From an uncultured bacterium (lineage in GTDB: Bacteria > Acidobacteriota > Thermoanaerobaculia > Multivoradales > JAHZIX01), in contig CBDUPA010000007.1 in the NCBI GenBank assembly GCA_965368975.1, positions 1 to 64,000 of the forward strand: a stretch of 64,000 nt of DNA, written 5' to 3'. Under the pieces are notes generated by a model, which saw only the letters and a list, made by a program, of their open reading frames with translations, ran no database searches and was not told where the DNA came from. A program made the translations under genes and the position numbers. Position 1 is the stretch's first letter. Every line of letters begins with the position of its first letter. This document shows, one piece after another, positions 29,369 to 38,973 of the stretch.

Positions 29369-31843
29369 TCACGATTCCGGCTCTCCCGGAACCTGGACGG
29401 CGTATTCTCCAGGCGCCTGCTCCTGGCCTGAGAACAAGGGCACGGATTCGAGTCTCTCTTCGAGTTGAGCGGCTCGACTCTCGTTCCCAACTTGATAGAG
29501 AAGCACAGTCAATCCTTCCAAAGTGGGTCTGAACCGTTCATGACCAGCAGGGAGATTCTGATCGAGAATCTCGAGTTCTCGCTCCAGATAGGCGATGGCA
29601 TCGTGTGGTTGCTGCCGAGCAGCTGCAAGACCAGCCAGATTGTTGAGACTCGATGTGAGTTCCAGGTGGTCCGAGCCTAGCGTCTCGCTCGCGATACTCA
29701 GGGCGCGTTCCAAGTGTAGTTGAGCCTCCTCGAGGCTGCCTGTCTGCCATAGAAAGACACCGAGGTTGTTGAGTGCTATGCCGACGAAGGGGTGATTGGC
29801 ATCGAGACCCCGTTCGGCGATCCCCAGGACGCGACGATGAAGCTCTTCAGCCTCCTCGACCCTGCCGAGCCCGGCCTCGATTCGGGCCAGAGCATCGAGA
29901 TCTGGAATCAGCTCCAAGTGGTCTGTTCCCATGATGGCTTGCTTCGCCGCTACGCACTCCTCGAGCAATGCCTGTGCCTCTTCGATCCGCCCTTGCTTCA
30001 GGTAGGCTCGACCCAATCCAGACAAGATCTCGAACTTCAGGATCGAGGGTACACTTGTTGGCTTCCCCTCCGAGGCCGCTAGCGCTTGCTCGAGAAGTGG
30101 AACAGCCTCCTTCGTTCGCCCAGCGTAATCCAGGCTGTTTGCCAGCGTAGTTCTGACTCTTAGGAGATCGAGGTCATCCGGTGGCAGATGCGCTTCGAGC
30201 ACTTGTACTGACTGCCGCGTTGCACGCTCAGCCTCCTCGATGCGGCCCAGGGCGAGATAGGAGTTTCCGAGTAGCACCAGACGCTGGGCGTGCTCGAGCG
30301 GAGTCTCGGCGACTGAGAGTTTCTGCCGTAGCTCTTCTGCCTCTTCGAGCAAGAGGCGAGCGGTCTCGTAGCTGCCGAGCGAGATGTAGACTTCACCCAT
30401 GGTCTCGGACAATCGAACGCGAACGGCCGGCTGGTCGGCGAAGTGGTCCTCGATGCGCGCAGTACCCCGGTCCAGCACATCGCGTAGGGTAACCTCGTCG
30501 GCCCGAGATCCGGGAGGCTTGGCGTCGGCGAAGAGGTCGAGCAGAAACTCGTTGACCTCCTGAGCGTCCTCTTGCGCCTGGCGGGCGACACGGGCTTCGT
30601 GGCTGCGTACGATCAGACCACCCACCAAGGCCAGGACTAGCAGGATCGTAGCGATCACGGTCGCACGATTGCGGCGGCCGAATTTGCCCAGGACGTAGAG
30701 CCCTCCTGGTGGCCGCGCCTGTACTGGCTCGAAAGCGAGGAACCGTTGCAGGTCGTCTGCCAGTTCGACGGCGGAGCCGTAGCGGTGCCGCCGTTCGCGG
30801 GCCAGTGCCTTGAGTACGATGCGGTCGAGGTCGCCCAGGAGCTGGCGCCGCAGACGGTGGACGGTGACATCGCGGCAATGGCTGACTTGGTACTGCCCAT
30901 CCGAGCTCAAGCGCCGAAGGCGTTCGCTGGGTGCTAGTGGCTCGTCTGCAGAGACCTTCTGAAGGTACTCGAGCAGGCTGAGGTTCGCTGCCTCGTGTGG
31001 CAGCTTACCGACCAGCAAGAGGTAGAGCAGCACACCCAGGCTGTAGACGTCGGAGCGAATGTCGATGGTGTCGTCAGTACGGTCGGGATCCCTGCCGGCG
31101 ACTTCCGGGCTGAAGAAGGCTGGTGTACCCGGCTGCGCGTTGGCCGTGAGCTGCTCGGCGTCCACTGGCGCGTCCAGTTCCTTGGCAATGCCGAAGTCCA
31201 GCACCTTGACCAGCGGCTGCTCGTCCGGCTCGCTGACCAGCAGGTTGGCGGGCTTGATGTCGCGGTGCAGCACGCCCTTCTGGTGGGCATGATGGATGCC
31301 CGCGCACACCTGCAGGAACAGGCTGATGCGTTCACGCACGTCGAGCCGGTGCTGGTCGCAGTAGTGATCCAACTGTACGCCCGGAACGTGTTCCATGACG
31401 AAGTACGGACGGCCGTCGCTCAACTCGCCGGCCTCGTAGACTTGCGCGATGTTGGGATGACTCATGCGCGCCAGCGCGCGCCGTTCCAGCTCGAAGCGCA
31501 AGTGTAGACGCGGGCTGTAGCGTTGGTGGCGCGTGACCTTGACCGCCACCTGGCGCTGGATGGGTTCCGTCTGCTCAGCCAGGTATACGGTCCCCATGCC
31601 GCCTTGGCCTAGCACCCTCAGCAGGCGATAGGGGCCGATGCTCTCCGGCGCCGGCGGCGGAGGTTCGCCCTCTGCTCCGTACAGTCGAGTCAGCGCCTGT
31701 ACACCCACCTTCGCCTCGGTTGCACCGCCAGGCTGGCTCGAGGCACAGATAGCCTCGTCCGCACTGGTGTGCGAAGTCTTCCCGGGCGGCGTTGCCTGCT
31801 GGCCCGTCGCTCCGAGCGGCGGCGGAGCTGGTTTTCTAGGCAT
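29369..31843 (-). CDS. Ser/Thr protein kinase with TM helix and TPR repeats
   Basis: GQGGMG, VAVK, HRDIKP, DFG; TM after RRNR; multiple TPRs (LNNLG, LNNLA). Paralogue of 11124-13031. Confidence 0.9.
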   Translation of the reverse strand: MPRKPAPPPLGATGQQATPPGKTSHTSADEAICASSQPGGATEAKVGVQALTRLYGAEGEPPPPAPESIGPYRLLRVLGQGGMGTVYLAEQTEPIQRQVAVKVTRHQRYSPRLHLRFELERRALARMSHPNIAQVYEAGELSDGRPYFVMEHVPGVQLDHYCDQHRLDVRERISLFLQVCAGIHHAHQKGVLHRDIKPANLLVSEPDEQPLVKVLDFGIAKELDAPVDAEQLTANAQPGTPAFFSPEVAGRDPDRTDDTIDIRSDVYSLGVLLYLLLVGKLPHEAANLSLLEYLQKVSADEPLAPSERLRRLSSDGQYQVSHCRDVTVHRLRRQLLGDLDRIVLKALARERRHRYGSAVELADDLQRFLAFEPVQARPPGGLYVLGKFGRRNRATVIATILLVLALVGGLIVRSHEARVARQAQEDAQEVNEFLLDLFADAKPPGSRADEVTLRDVLDRGTARIEDHFADQPAVRVRLSETMGEVYISLGSYETARLLLEEAEELRQKLSVAETPLEHAQRLVLLGNSYLALGRIEEAERATRQSVQVLEAHLPPDDLDLLRVRTTLANSLDYAGRTKEAVPLLEQALAASEGKPTSVPSILKFEILSGLGRAYLKQGRIEEAQALLEECVAAKQAIMGTDHLELIPDLDALARIEAGLGRVEEAEELHRRVLGIAERGLDANHPFVGIALNNLGVFLWQTGSLEEAQLHLERALSIASETLGSDHLELTSSLNNLAGLAAARQQPHDAIAYLERELEILDQNLPAGHERFRPTLEGLTVLLYQVGNESRAAQLEERLESVPLFSGQEQAPGEYAVQVPGEPES

Positions 31844-32077
31844 TCTTCATCTGCAGTCAGATCGTCATTGTGCCGCTCGTATGTGGCTGAGTCAATCCAG
31901 CTGGTGGAATCGTTGCGACGATCTGGACCCCACTCTCAGCGGCAGCGGTACCCCGCGTCGTTCGCACCTGCTTGTGATGGGGAAGGAATTCTCACTGTCG
32001 GTTTGCTAAGCTTTTGTGATGAAAGGTCGAAGCAAGTTTTCTTAGGCTGGGAAAGTGATGTTTTCGAGGAGGCGGAC

Positions 32078-32689
32078 ATGGTACTGAGCGGACGGCTCAA
32101 GAGTTGGGACGATGATCGTGGCTTCGGGTTCATCGAGCCCGACGGTGGTGGCAAGGATCTGTTCGTCCACGTCAGCGCCTTCCCGCGCCACATGCAGCGT
32201 CCGGCCGTGGGGGACTCGGTGACCTACGAAGCCGGGTTCGGCAGGGATGGTCGAGAGCGGGCAACGCGCGTCTATGGCGAAACTCCTCAGCTAGCCTCGC
32301 CAGAGCTTTTTCAAGACGAGCCAGCGCCTCTACGCCATGCCCAAGATGGAATACCGGCTCTTGCACCGAGAAGGGAGAGGTCATGCTTCCTCCCGGCCCT
32401 CGGTTTTCTGATCTTGCTAGGGGGTGGGTTTGTCTTGTTCGCAGATCAGGACCTGAGAGCCCGAGCCATGGGCTTGTGGTCAGAACTCCGCTCTCGCCTC
32501 GTGGCCCCTGAGAAACCGTTGACGATCCGGGAGCCGGATTTCGGCTTTTCGTGTGACGGGCGGGTTTACTGCTCGGAGATGAGTTCTTGTAGGGAAGCCA
32601 CGTTCTTTCTGAGGAACTGCCCGGGGACCAAGATGGACGGGGATAGGGATGGGGTTCCGTGTGAGAGCCAATGGTGCGGTGGGGGATAG
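32078..32689 (+). CDS. Cold-shock domain - TM - Excalibur Ca-binding domain protein
   Basis: GRLKSWDDDRGFGFI...LFVHVSAF (CSD), a TM segment, and CDGRVYCSEMSSCREA...MDGDRDGVPCESQWC. GAGGAGG RBS. Confidence 0.9.
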   Translation: MVLSGRLKSWDDDRGFGFIEPDGGGKDLFVHVSAFPRHMQRPAVGDSVTYEAGFGRDGRERATRVYGETPQLASPELFQDEPAPLRHAQDGIPALAPRRERSCFLPALGFLILLGGGFVLFADQDLRARAMGLWSELRSRLVAPEKPLTIREPDFGFSCDGRVYCSEMSSCREATFFLRNCPGTKMDGDRDGVPCESQWCGGG

Positions 32690-32787
32690 AGCATGAGTCA
32701 TGCAGTTGACGCCTTGACTCGAGGTTGAGCCCGAGCCGCGCTTTTCGTAGACTGCCTGGGAATTCTTTCACCGAATTTGGAGGCTAC

Positions 32788-33642
32788 TTGAAGAAGTCCT
32801 TGGCGGTCTCGACCACCACCGTGATCTTGGCTTTGGTTCTCGTTTCGCTTGATTCCGCGTCCGGCCAGGCGCGAGCTGCTGCTCCGGTCGGCTTCGTGCT
32901 GGAGGTGGAAGGGAACTGGTTGCTGGAGTCCGAGAGTCAGGCGCTGAGCACCGTCAAGGTCGGTCAAGCGCTTTCTGCCGATGGGCGACTCATAGCGGCG
33001 AGCGAACCCGTGCAGGCACGGATCGTCGTGGCCTACGCGGACGGCCGGCGAGCTGTCTACACTCGGCCTGGCACCTACACCGAGCCGATCGACCTGCGTC
33101 TCAAGGCTCCAAAATCTGTATCTGGCTTCGAACGGCTGCTGGCCGCCTGTGCCCGTCTGCTGCACGGCCAGCCCGAACAGTACGCGGCGACGCTCGCACG
33201 TGGAGAGAGTCGAGTTCAGCTGCAGGAAGCGGTTCTTGCTGCTAGTTCTGACGGCGTCGACCTTGCACTGCTGTTTACCGCGACCGTGGATGTCGGCTGT
33301 GCCTTGCGGCTTGAACAGCTGGTATCGACGACAGATTTGCAGTGGGAACTTCGTGGCCAAACTCCTGCGGACTCGGCGTGTCCGCCAGTCGTGGATCTGG
33401 GGCCCGGGCTCTACCGTGCCACTTGGTTGCAGGCCGACGAAGAGGCCTACAGCCGAGTCCTACGACCTACGCTGGTAGCGGCCTGGTTCGTGGTAGCCCC
33501 CGAGGCTCAGCAGCCGGACTTGTTGGAACGCTTCGAGTGGTTGCAGGCGCAGTTGGCCAAAGTCGAAGATGAGGCTATCAGCCGTAGCTGGTTGCGAGCA
33601 TCGCTGCGTCAGCTCTGGCAGGAGGCAGGCGCCCAGCGATGA
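32788..33642 (+). CDS. Secreted hypothetical protein, first gene of the CHASE2 operon
   Basis: GGAGG RBS then TTG. Signal peptide KKSLAVSTTTVILALVLV; stop overlaps the next ATG (ATGA). Confidence 0.65.
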   Translation: MKKSLAVSTTTVILALVLVSLDSASGQARAAAPVGFVLEVEGNWLLESESQALSTVKVGQALSADGRLIAASEPVQARIVVAYADGRRAVYTRPGTYTEPIDLRLKAPKSVSGFERLLAACARLLHGQPEQYAATLARGESRVQLQEAVLAASSDGVDLALLFTATVDVGCALRLEQLVSTTDLQWELRGQTPADSACPPVVDLGPGLYRATWLQADEEAYSRVLRPTLVAAWFVVAPEAQQPDLLERFEWLQAQLAKVEDEAISRSWLRASLRQLWQEAGAQR

Positions 33643-34832
33643 CTCTCTCGCTGCCGCAGCGTAGCCCGACGACCTGGCGCTACTGGCTCAAGATCACGCT
33701 GATTCTCCTGACGTTCAGCCTGGTAGTGACGGTACTGCAGTTCTTCGGCTGGCTGACACCCTTCGAGTCCACATCGCTCGACACCTTCTTCGCCCTCAAC
33801 AGCGTGCGCTCGCCGTCGCAAGACGTGGTACTCGTCGTGATCAACGACGGTGATTACACGGAGCTGTTCAACGGTACCAGCCCGCTGGCGCCGGCAGCGG
33901 TCCAGCGCTTGGTGGAACGGCTGGCGGCTGCCGGCCCGCGGGCGATCGGCGTGGACCTCGATACCTCGGCACCTGCCTGGGCCGGATACCAGCCAAGCCT
34001 CGACGTGCCGGTTGTCTGGGCGCGCGAGGCGACGTTTGTAGACGGTGAGATCGAGTTCCAGTTCCGCGTGCTGGGCCGCGACAACCCGGATGTCCCCCGG
34101 GGAATCGCCGCGGCCCCGGTCGACGCCGACGGCGTGATCCGGCGCTACAGCTGGTACTTCGATAGTGGCGGCACTCGCGCTCCTTCGTTTGCTGGCGCCA
34201 TCCTGGCGGCCGCTGGTGAGACACGGGCCGGCCAAGAGGCAACCCGGCTCAACTTCTTCGGCGACCGCTACGAGATCCCCCGTTTCAACGCTTCAGACGT
34301 TCTGGCGCTCGAGGCCGATGGCGACTGGCAGCGCTACTTGCAAGATCGAATCGTCCTGATCGGCGCAACCTTTCGAGCTTCTCGCGACGTCTACCGCGCG
34401 CCCTGGAGCGGCGAGGATCAGCAATGGTTCGGCGTCGAAGTGATGGCCAACGTGGTCGAGGCGGAACTCCGCGGCGCCGGCATCAGGCCGATCAGCTTCG
34501 TGTCGATGATGCTGATCGAACTCCTGGTTGGCCTGAGTATCGTCTGGATCTGTCATCACTTGTCTCTCGGTCCCGCGCTGCTTCTCAACATCGGCGTGGC
34601 CTCGATGGGAGCGCCGCTTGCCAGTCTGCTGGTGTTCTCGACCTTTGCCTACTGGGGGAGTTTCCTGCCTTTCCTGACCGCTACGCTTCTACAACAGCTG
34701 TACGAGCAAGCGATCGAGTACCGTGAGCTGTGGCGGCGGGCATTGGACGCTGGAGAGCGGGGTTCGGAATCTGATCTGGATCTACCGCCGCAATCAACGG
34801 AGCCGATCGAGCGAAAGGCCGACGATGCTTGA
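33639..34832 (+). CDS. CHASE2-domain membrane protein with no output domain
   Basis: DVVLVVIND, AIGVDL, DADGVIRR, DRIVLIG, GVEVMAN, followed by three TM segments and only a short tail. Confidence 0.85.
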   Translation: MTLSLPQRSPTTWRYWLKITLILLTFSLVVTVLQFFGWLTPFESTSLDTFFALNSVRSPSQDVVLVVINDGDYTELFNGTSPLAPAAVQRLVERLAAAGPRAIGVDLDTSAPAWAGYQPSLDVPVVWAREATFVDGEIEFQFRVLGRDNPDVPRGIAAAPVDADGVIRRYSWYFDSGGTRAPSFAGAILAAAGETRAGQEATRLNFFGDRYEIPRFNASDVLALEADGDWQRYLQDRIVLIGATFRASRDVYRAPWSGEDQQWFGVEVMANVVEAELRGAGIRPISFVSMMLIELLVGLSIVWICHHLSLGPALLLNIGVASMGAPLASLLVFSTFAYWGSFLPFLTATLLQQLYEQAIEYRELWRRALDAGERGSESDLDLPPQSTEPIERKADDA

Positions 34833-36909
34833 GGGGCGCCACAGTCTCCTGGTAGGACTCCTGCTCTGGACGCTCACGAGCACAGCCTTACCGGCTCAGC
34901 AGAGCGTGCAGAACCGGCGCACATCGATTGTCGACCCCAAAGGCGAGCAGGTTCTGCTTTATGAAGGCAGCTACGCCTTGGTCCTCGGTGTCAGTCGCTA
35001 CACGAACGGCTGGCGTTCTTTGCCGGGCGTGCGGGACGATGTCGACGCCGTGGCCGAGGTCTTGCGCGAACACGGTTTCGAGGTCACCGGGCCGGAGGTG
35101 GACCTGGATAGCCGTCAACTGAAGGCGGTGATCGAGTCCTTCGTCAACGGTCCTGGCGCCCAGCCCGGAGCCCGGCTACTGATCTACTTTGCCGGCCATG
35201 GGGCGACGCTGCGGAATGACTCTGGCGGCAGGCCCCTCGGCTAACTCGTTCCGGCGAACGCCCCGAAACCAGAGGCGGACCCGGCCATTTTCCGGAGCCG
35301 GGCGCTGTCCATGCTGGACATCGAAGTCTTCGCGCGCAAGATCCAGTCCCGGCACGCGCTGTTCGTCTTCGACAGCTGCTTTGCCGGCACCATCTTCGAG
35401 GTGATGCGCAGCGGCCAGGTGCCAGAGTACGTCAGCGACAGCACGGCGCGGCCCGTGCGGCAGTTCATCACTTCTGGCGAGGCGGGAGAGGAAGTCCCGG
35501 ATCGCAGCCGATTCGCCAGGGTCTTCGTCGAGGCGCTGCGCGGCGAAGTTCCCGAGGGTGACGGCTATCTCACCGGGCGAGAACTGGGCCAGCATCTCTA
35601 CAAGGTGGTGAGCGAGCAGACCCGCGGAGCCCAGCATCCGCAGCACGGAAAGCTGTTGGATGAAGTGCTCGGGCGAGGTGACTTCGTCTTCGAGCTGCCG
35701 CGGCAACCAGTGGCCCCGCCTCCGGACACGGACGTGCTGGATCTCGAAGATCTGAAAAGGCGAGGTGAGCGCGAAGCCGCGGAGGCCGAGTGGCAGTCGT
35801 GGCAAGCGCGGATGTTGCAGGACTTTCGCGAGGTCGAGGAGTTCGAGGGTTCGAATGTTTCGCCGCTGTTGAAGGCCCAGGCTTGGGAGCGCTTCCAGGC
35901 GTCCTACGAGGCTGACAATCCCTACTCTGAAGAAGATGACGCCAGCCGTCGTCGAGCCGCGGCGCGGGAAGCGCACTGGCGCAGCCTGGGCGCAGCCGCC
36001 GAAGAGCTGCCGCCCCCACCACCGCCGGTCTTGAGACCGGGTGCTGAGATGCCGGAGCCGCCCCTTCCGGGTATGAGTTTCCGCTACATTCCTCCTGGGA
36101 CCTTTCAGATGGGCAGCCCAGACGACGAGCCGGGGCGTGACAGCGACGAGACCCGCCACTCGGTGACGCTGACCCGCGGCTATTGGATGGGCGAGACGGA
36201 GGTTACGCAGGCGCAGTGGCAGGCGGTGATGGACAACAACCCTTCCTACTTCCAGAATTGCGGTGCGGCTTGTCCGGTGGAGCAAGTCACTTGGTTTGAC
36301 GCCGTGGTCTTTGCCAACGCACTGTCTCGCAAGGCGCGGCTAGATGAGTGCTACGAGTTGACGGGGTGTACCGGAGCGCCCCAGAAGTGTGATTCCGTGA
36401 CATTCCGGGGGTTGGATTGCCGAGGCTACCGCCTGCCGACCGAAGCGGAGTGGGAGCGGGCGGCCCGCTCGGGGACGGACACCGCCATCTACACGGGCAA
36501 CCTGACGCTTCGCGGGCGGAACAATGGTCCTGAGCTGGACCCGATCGCCTGGTATGGGGGCAACAGCGGCGTAACCTATTCCGGCGGTCTTGGCTGCTCT
36601 TCTTGGCCGGAAAAGCAGAAGGCAGCTGATACCTGCGGCACGCATCCGGCCGGCGAGAAGGCTGCGAATTCATGGGGCTTGCGGGACATGCTGGGCAATG
36701 TTTGGGAGTGGACATCAGATTGGTCAGCCGGTATCGAAAATGCGGCCGTGCGGGACCCGCTTGGCCCTGAAGAAGGCTCGTACCGGGTGCAGCGCGGTGG
36801 CAGCTGGTTCATCAACGCCAGGAACTGCCGCGCGGCGAATCGCTACTTCGGCTCGCCGGGCTACCGCGTCAGCTTCGTCGGTTTTCGTCTTGTGAGGACG
36901 GCCCCTTAG
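34825..36909 (+). pseudogene. Exported caspase-like (C14) + FGE-sulfatase/CLec protein, interrupted by an in-frame TAA at 35242-35244; putative DGR target
   Basis: Signal peptide; YALVLG...YFAGHG...G*LVP...FDSCFAG all in one frame. FGE domain: FQMGS, EVTQAQW, YRLPTEAEWE, DMLGNVWEW, RGGSW, GFRL. Confidence 0.85.
36775..36909 (+). repeat. Putative DGR variable region VR1
   Basis: 135 nt; differs from 38632-38766 at 15 positions in 10 codons, all non-synonymous, 9 of the 10 codons being NNC in both copies. Confidence 0.8.
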
Positions 36910-37053
36910 GCTTCGCGCTTTCACCCTCTTACGCTTCGTGGGTGGGGGCGCACCTTACTCGGAGCGCAGTGAGCGCAGGGGTAGAGCTAGAGCCCCTGGC
37001 GAGCGAAGCGTAGAGGAAGGTACGCTGCCAAGTTGCACTACACTATCCAGACA

Positions 37054-38766
37054 ATGACAGAGCAGATTCGGAATTCTCTCCGTGCTTTCTTGCAGGGTCG
37101 CTCCATCCTGAGTGGTCACAGGCGTTTTGCTGCAGTCCTGGTGGTCCTGCTGCAGCTCGTCGCGATCTCTGAGCCAACTGCTGCCCAGGTGGGGGCGAGT
37201 GACTCCGCCGCTCTTCCCCGCACCGCCCTCGTCATCGGCAATGCCGCCTACTCCGAAGCCCCTCTTCGTAACCCCGCCAACGACGCCAACGACGTGGCCT
37301 CCATGCTCACCGAACTGGGGTTCGACGTCACTCAGCACACCAACCTCGATCACAAGGCCATGGAAGACGCGATCCGTGCTTTCGGTTTGCGGTTGCGCCG
37401 AGGTGGTGTCGGGCTGTTCTACTACGCTGGGCATGCCGTGCAGGTCGATGGCCGCAACTACCTGCTGCCGCTCCGTTCCGGTATCAAGACGAGGACGGAC
37501 GTCAAGTACCATTCGGTGGATCTCGGGTTCCTGCTCGACGCGATGGGTGATGCCAACAACTCGATGAACCTGGTGATCCTGGACGCCTGTCGCAACAATC
37601 CCTTCCGCTGGTACCGGGGTGGCAACCGTGGTCTAGCTCAGACGCCGGCACCTATGGGGACGCTGATCGCCTTTTCAACCGCACCCGGATCCGTGGCCGC
37701 TGATGGGGATGCGCGCAACGGCGTCTTCACTCAGCATCTGCTCGATTCTCTACAGCTGCCGGGCCTGCAGATCGAAGAGGTGCTGAAGCGGACGCGCGCT
37801 GCGGTGATGACGGCGACGAGCAGGCGGCAGGTTCCGTGGGAGAATTCCTCGATCGTCGGAGAACTGGTTCTTCGCCCCGGTGCGATCAACCCGCCCCCGC
37901 CCCCACCACTGCGGGCGGGAGACGTCATGCCGAACCCGCCACCCGGTATGCGTTTCCGCTACATTCCTCCCGGGACCTTCCAGATGGGCAGCCCGTCCGA
38001 TGAATCCGGGCGAGATGACGATGAGACACGTCACTCGGTGATGCTGACCCGCGGCTACTGGATGAGCGAGACGGAAATCACGCAGGCGCAGTGGCAAGCG
38101 GTGATGGGCAACAATCCCGCCTATTTCCAGAACTGCGGTGAGACGTGCCCGGTGGAGCAAGTCAACTGGTTCGAAGCCGTGACCTTCGCTAACCGGCTTT
38201 CGGCCCAGGAGGGTTTGCAACCCTGTTACGTACTGGACGAATGTACCGGCGACCTTGGGGGCGGCTGTACGGGCGAGCGGAGCTGGTCGTGCACGGGTGA
38301 CTACGCGTGCAGCGGGGTCCGGCTCGGCAGCGCGACTTGCTCAGGCTATCGCTTGCCGACCGAGGCGGAGTGGGAACGGGCGGCCCGCTCGGGGACCGAG
38401 ACTGCAATCTACACTGGTGCACTGACGCTGGGCGACGGTGGCAAGGGACCCGAGCTGAAGACCATCGCCTGGTTCAGCGGGAACGCTGGTGGTAGTACGC
38501 ACCCTGTCGGTCAGAAAGCATCGAATGCCTGGGGCCTACGAGACATGCTGGGCAATGTCCGGGAGTGGACGTGGGACTGGTACGGTAGCTTGGGCAGTGT
38601 TGCGACGACCGATCCCCTGGGTCCCGTACAAGGCTCGCTCCGGGTGCGCCGCGGTGGCAGCTGGAACTTCAACGCCAGGTACTGCCGCGCGGCGAATCGC
38701 TTCTACGGCTCGCCGGGCTACCGCACCCGCAACGTCGGTTTTCGTCTTGTGAGGACGGCCCCTTAG
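37054..38766 (+). CDS. Exported caspase-like (C14) + FGE-sulfatase/CLec protein; putative DGR target
   Basis: ALVIGN..Y..PLRNP.NDA, YYAGHA, LDACRNNP, QVPW; poly-Pro linker; FGE domain motifs. Start uncertain (37033 or 37054). Confidence 0.9.
   Translation: MTEQIRNSLRAFLQGRSILSGHRRFAAVLVVLLQLVAISEPTAAQVGASDSAALPRTALVIGNAAYSEAPLRNPANDANDVASMLTELGFDVTQHTNLDHKAMEDAIRAFGLRLRRGGVGLFYYAGHAVQVDGRNYLLPLRSGIKTRTDVKYHSVDLGFLLDAMGDANNSMNLVILDACRNNPFRWYRGGNRGLAQTPAPMGTLIAFSTAPGSVAADGDARNGVFTQHLLDSLQLPGLQIEEVLKRTRAAVMTATSRRQVPWENSSIVGELVLRPGAINPPPPPPLRAGDVMPNPPPGMRFRYIPPGTFQMGSPSDESGRDDDETRHSVMLTRGYWMSETEITQAQWQAVMGNNPAYFQNCGETCPVEQVNWFEAVTFANRLSAQEGLQPCYVLDECTGDLGGGCTGERSWSCTGDYACSGVRLGSATCSGYRLPTEAEWERAARSGTETAIYTGALTLGDGGKGPELKTIAWFSGNAGGSTHPVGQKASNAWGLRDMLGNVREWTWDWYGSLGSVATTDPLGPVQGSLRVRRGGSWNFNARYCRAANRFYGSPGYRTRNVGFRLVRTAP
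38632..38766 (+). repeat. Putative DGR variable region VR2
   Basis: Partner of VR1; no synonymous differences between the two copies. Confidence 0.8.
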
Positions 38767-38973
38767 GCTTTGCGCTCTCACCCTCTTACTCTTTGCCGGG
38801 TGGGGGAGAGCCCCTGACCCGGAGCGCAGCGAGCAGAGGGCGAGCCAAGAGCCCTGGCGAGCGGAGCACAGGGCCAGGGGCTCGGCGGGTGGTCTTCTCT
38901 GGAGCGCCAGTCCAAGGGACCCGTCCCTCAGGAGTGAGTGAGGCCGTGCTGCCATGCCGAAATTGCCCCTCCC

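Noticed and set aside
36775-38766. One VR serving as the template repeat for the other
   Set aside because: Each copy has A at sites where the other does not, and some sites have A in neither; both are inside CDSs, so the template must be a third sequence.
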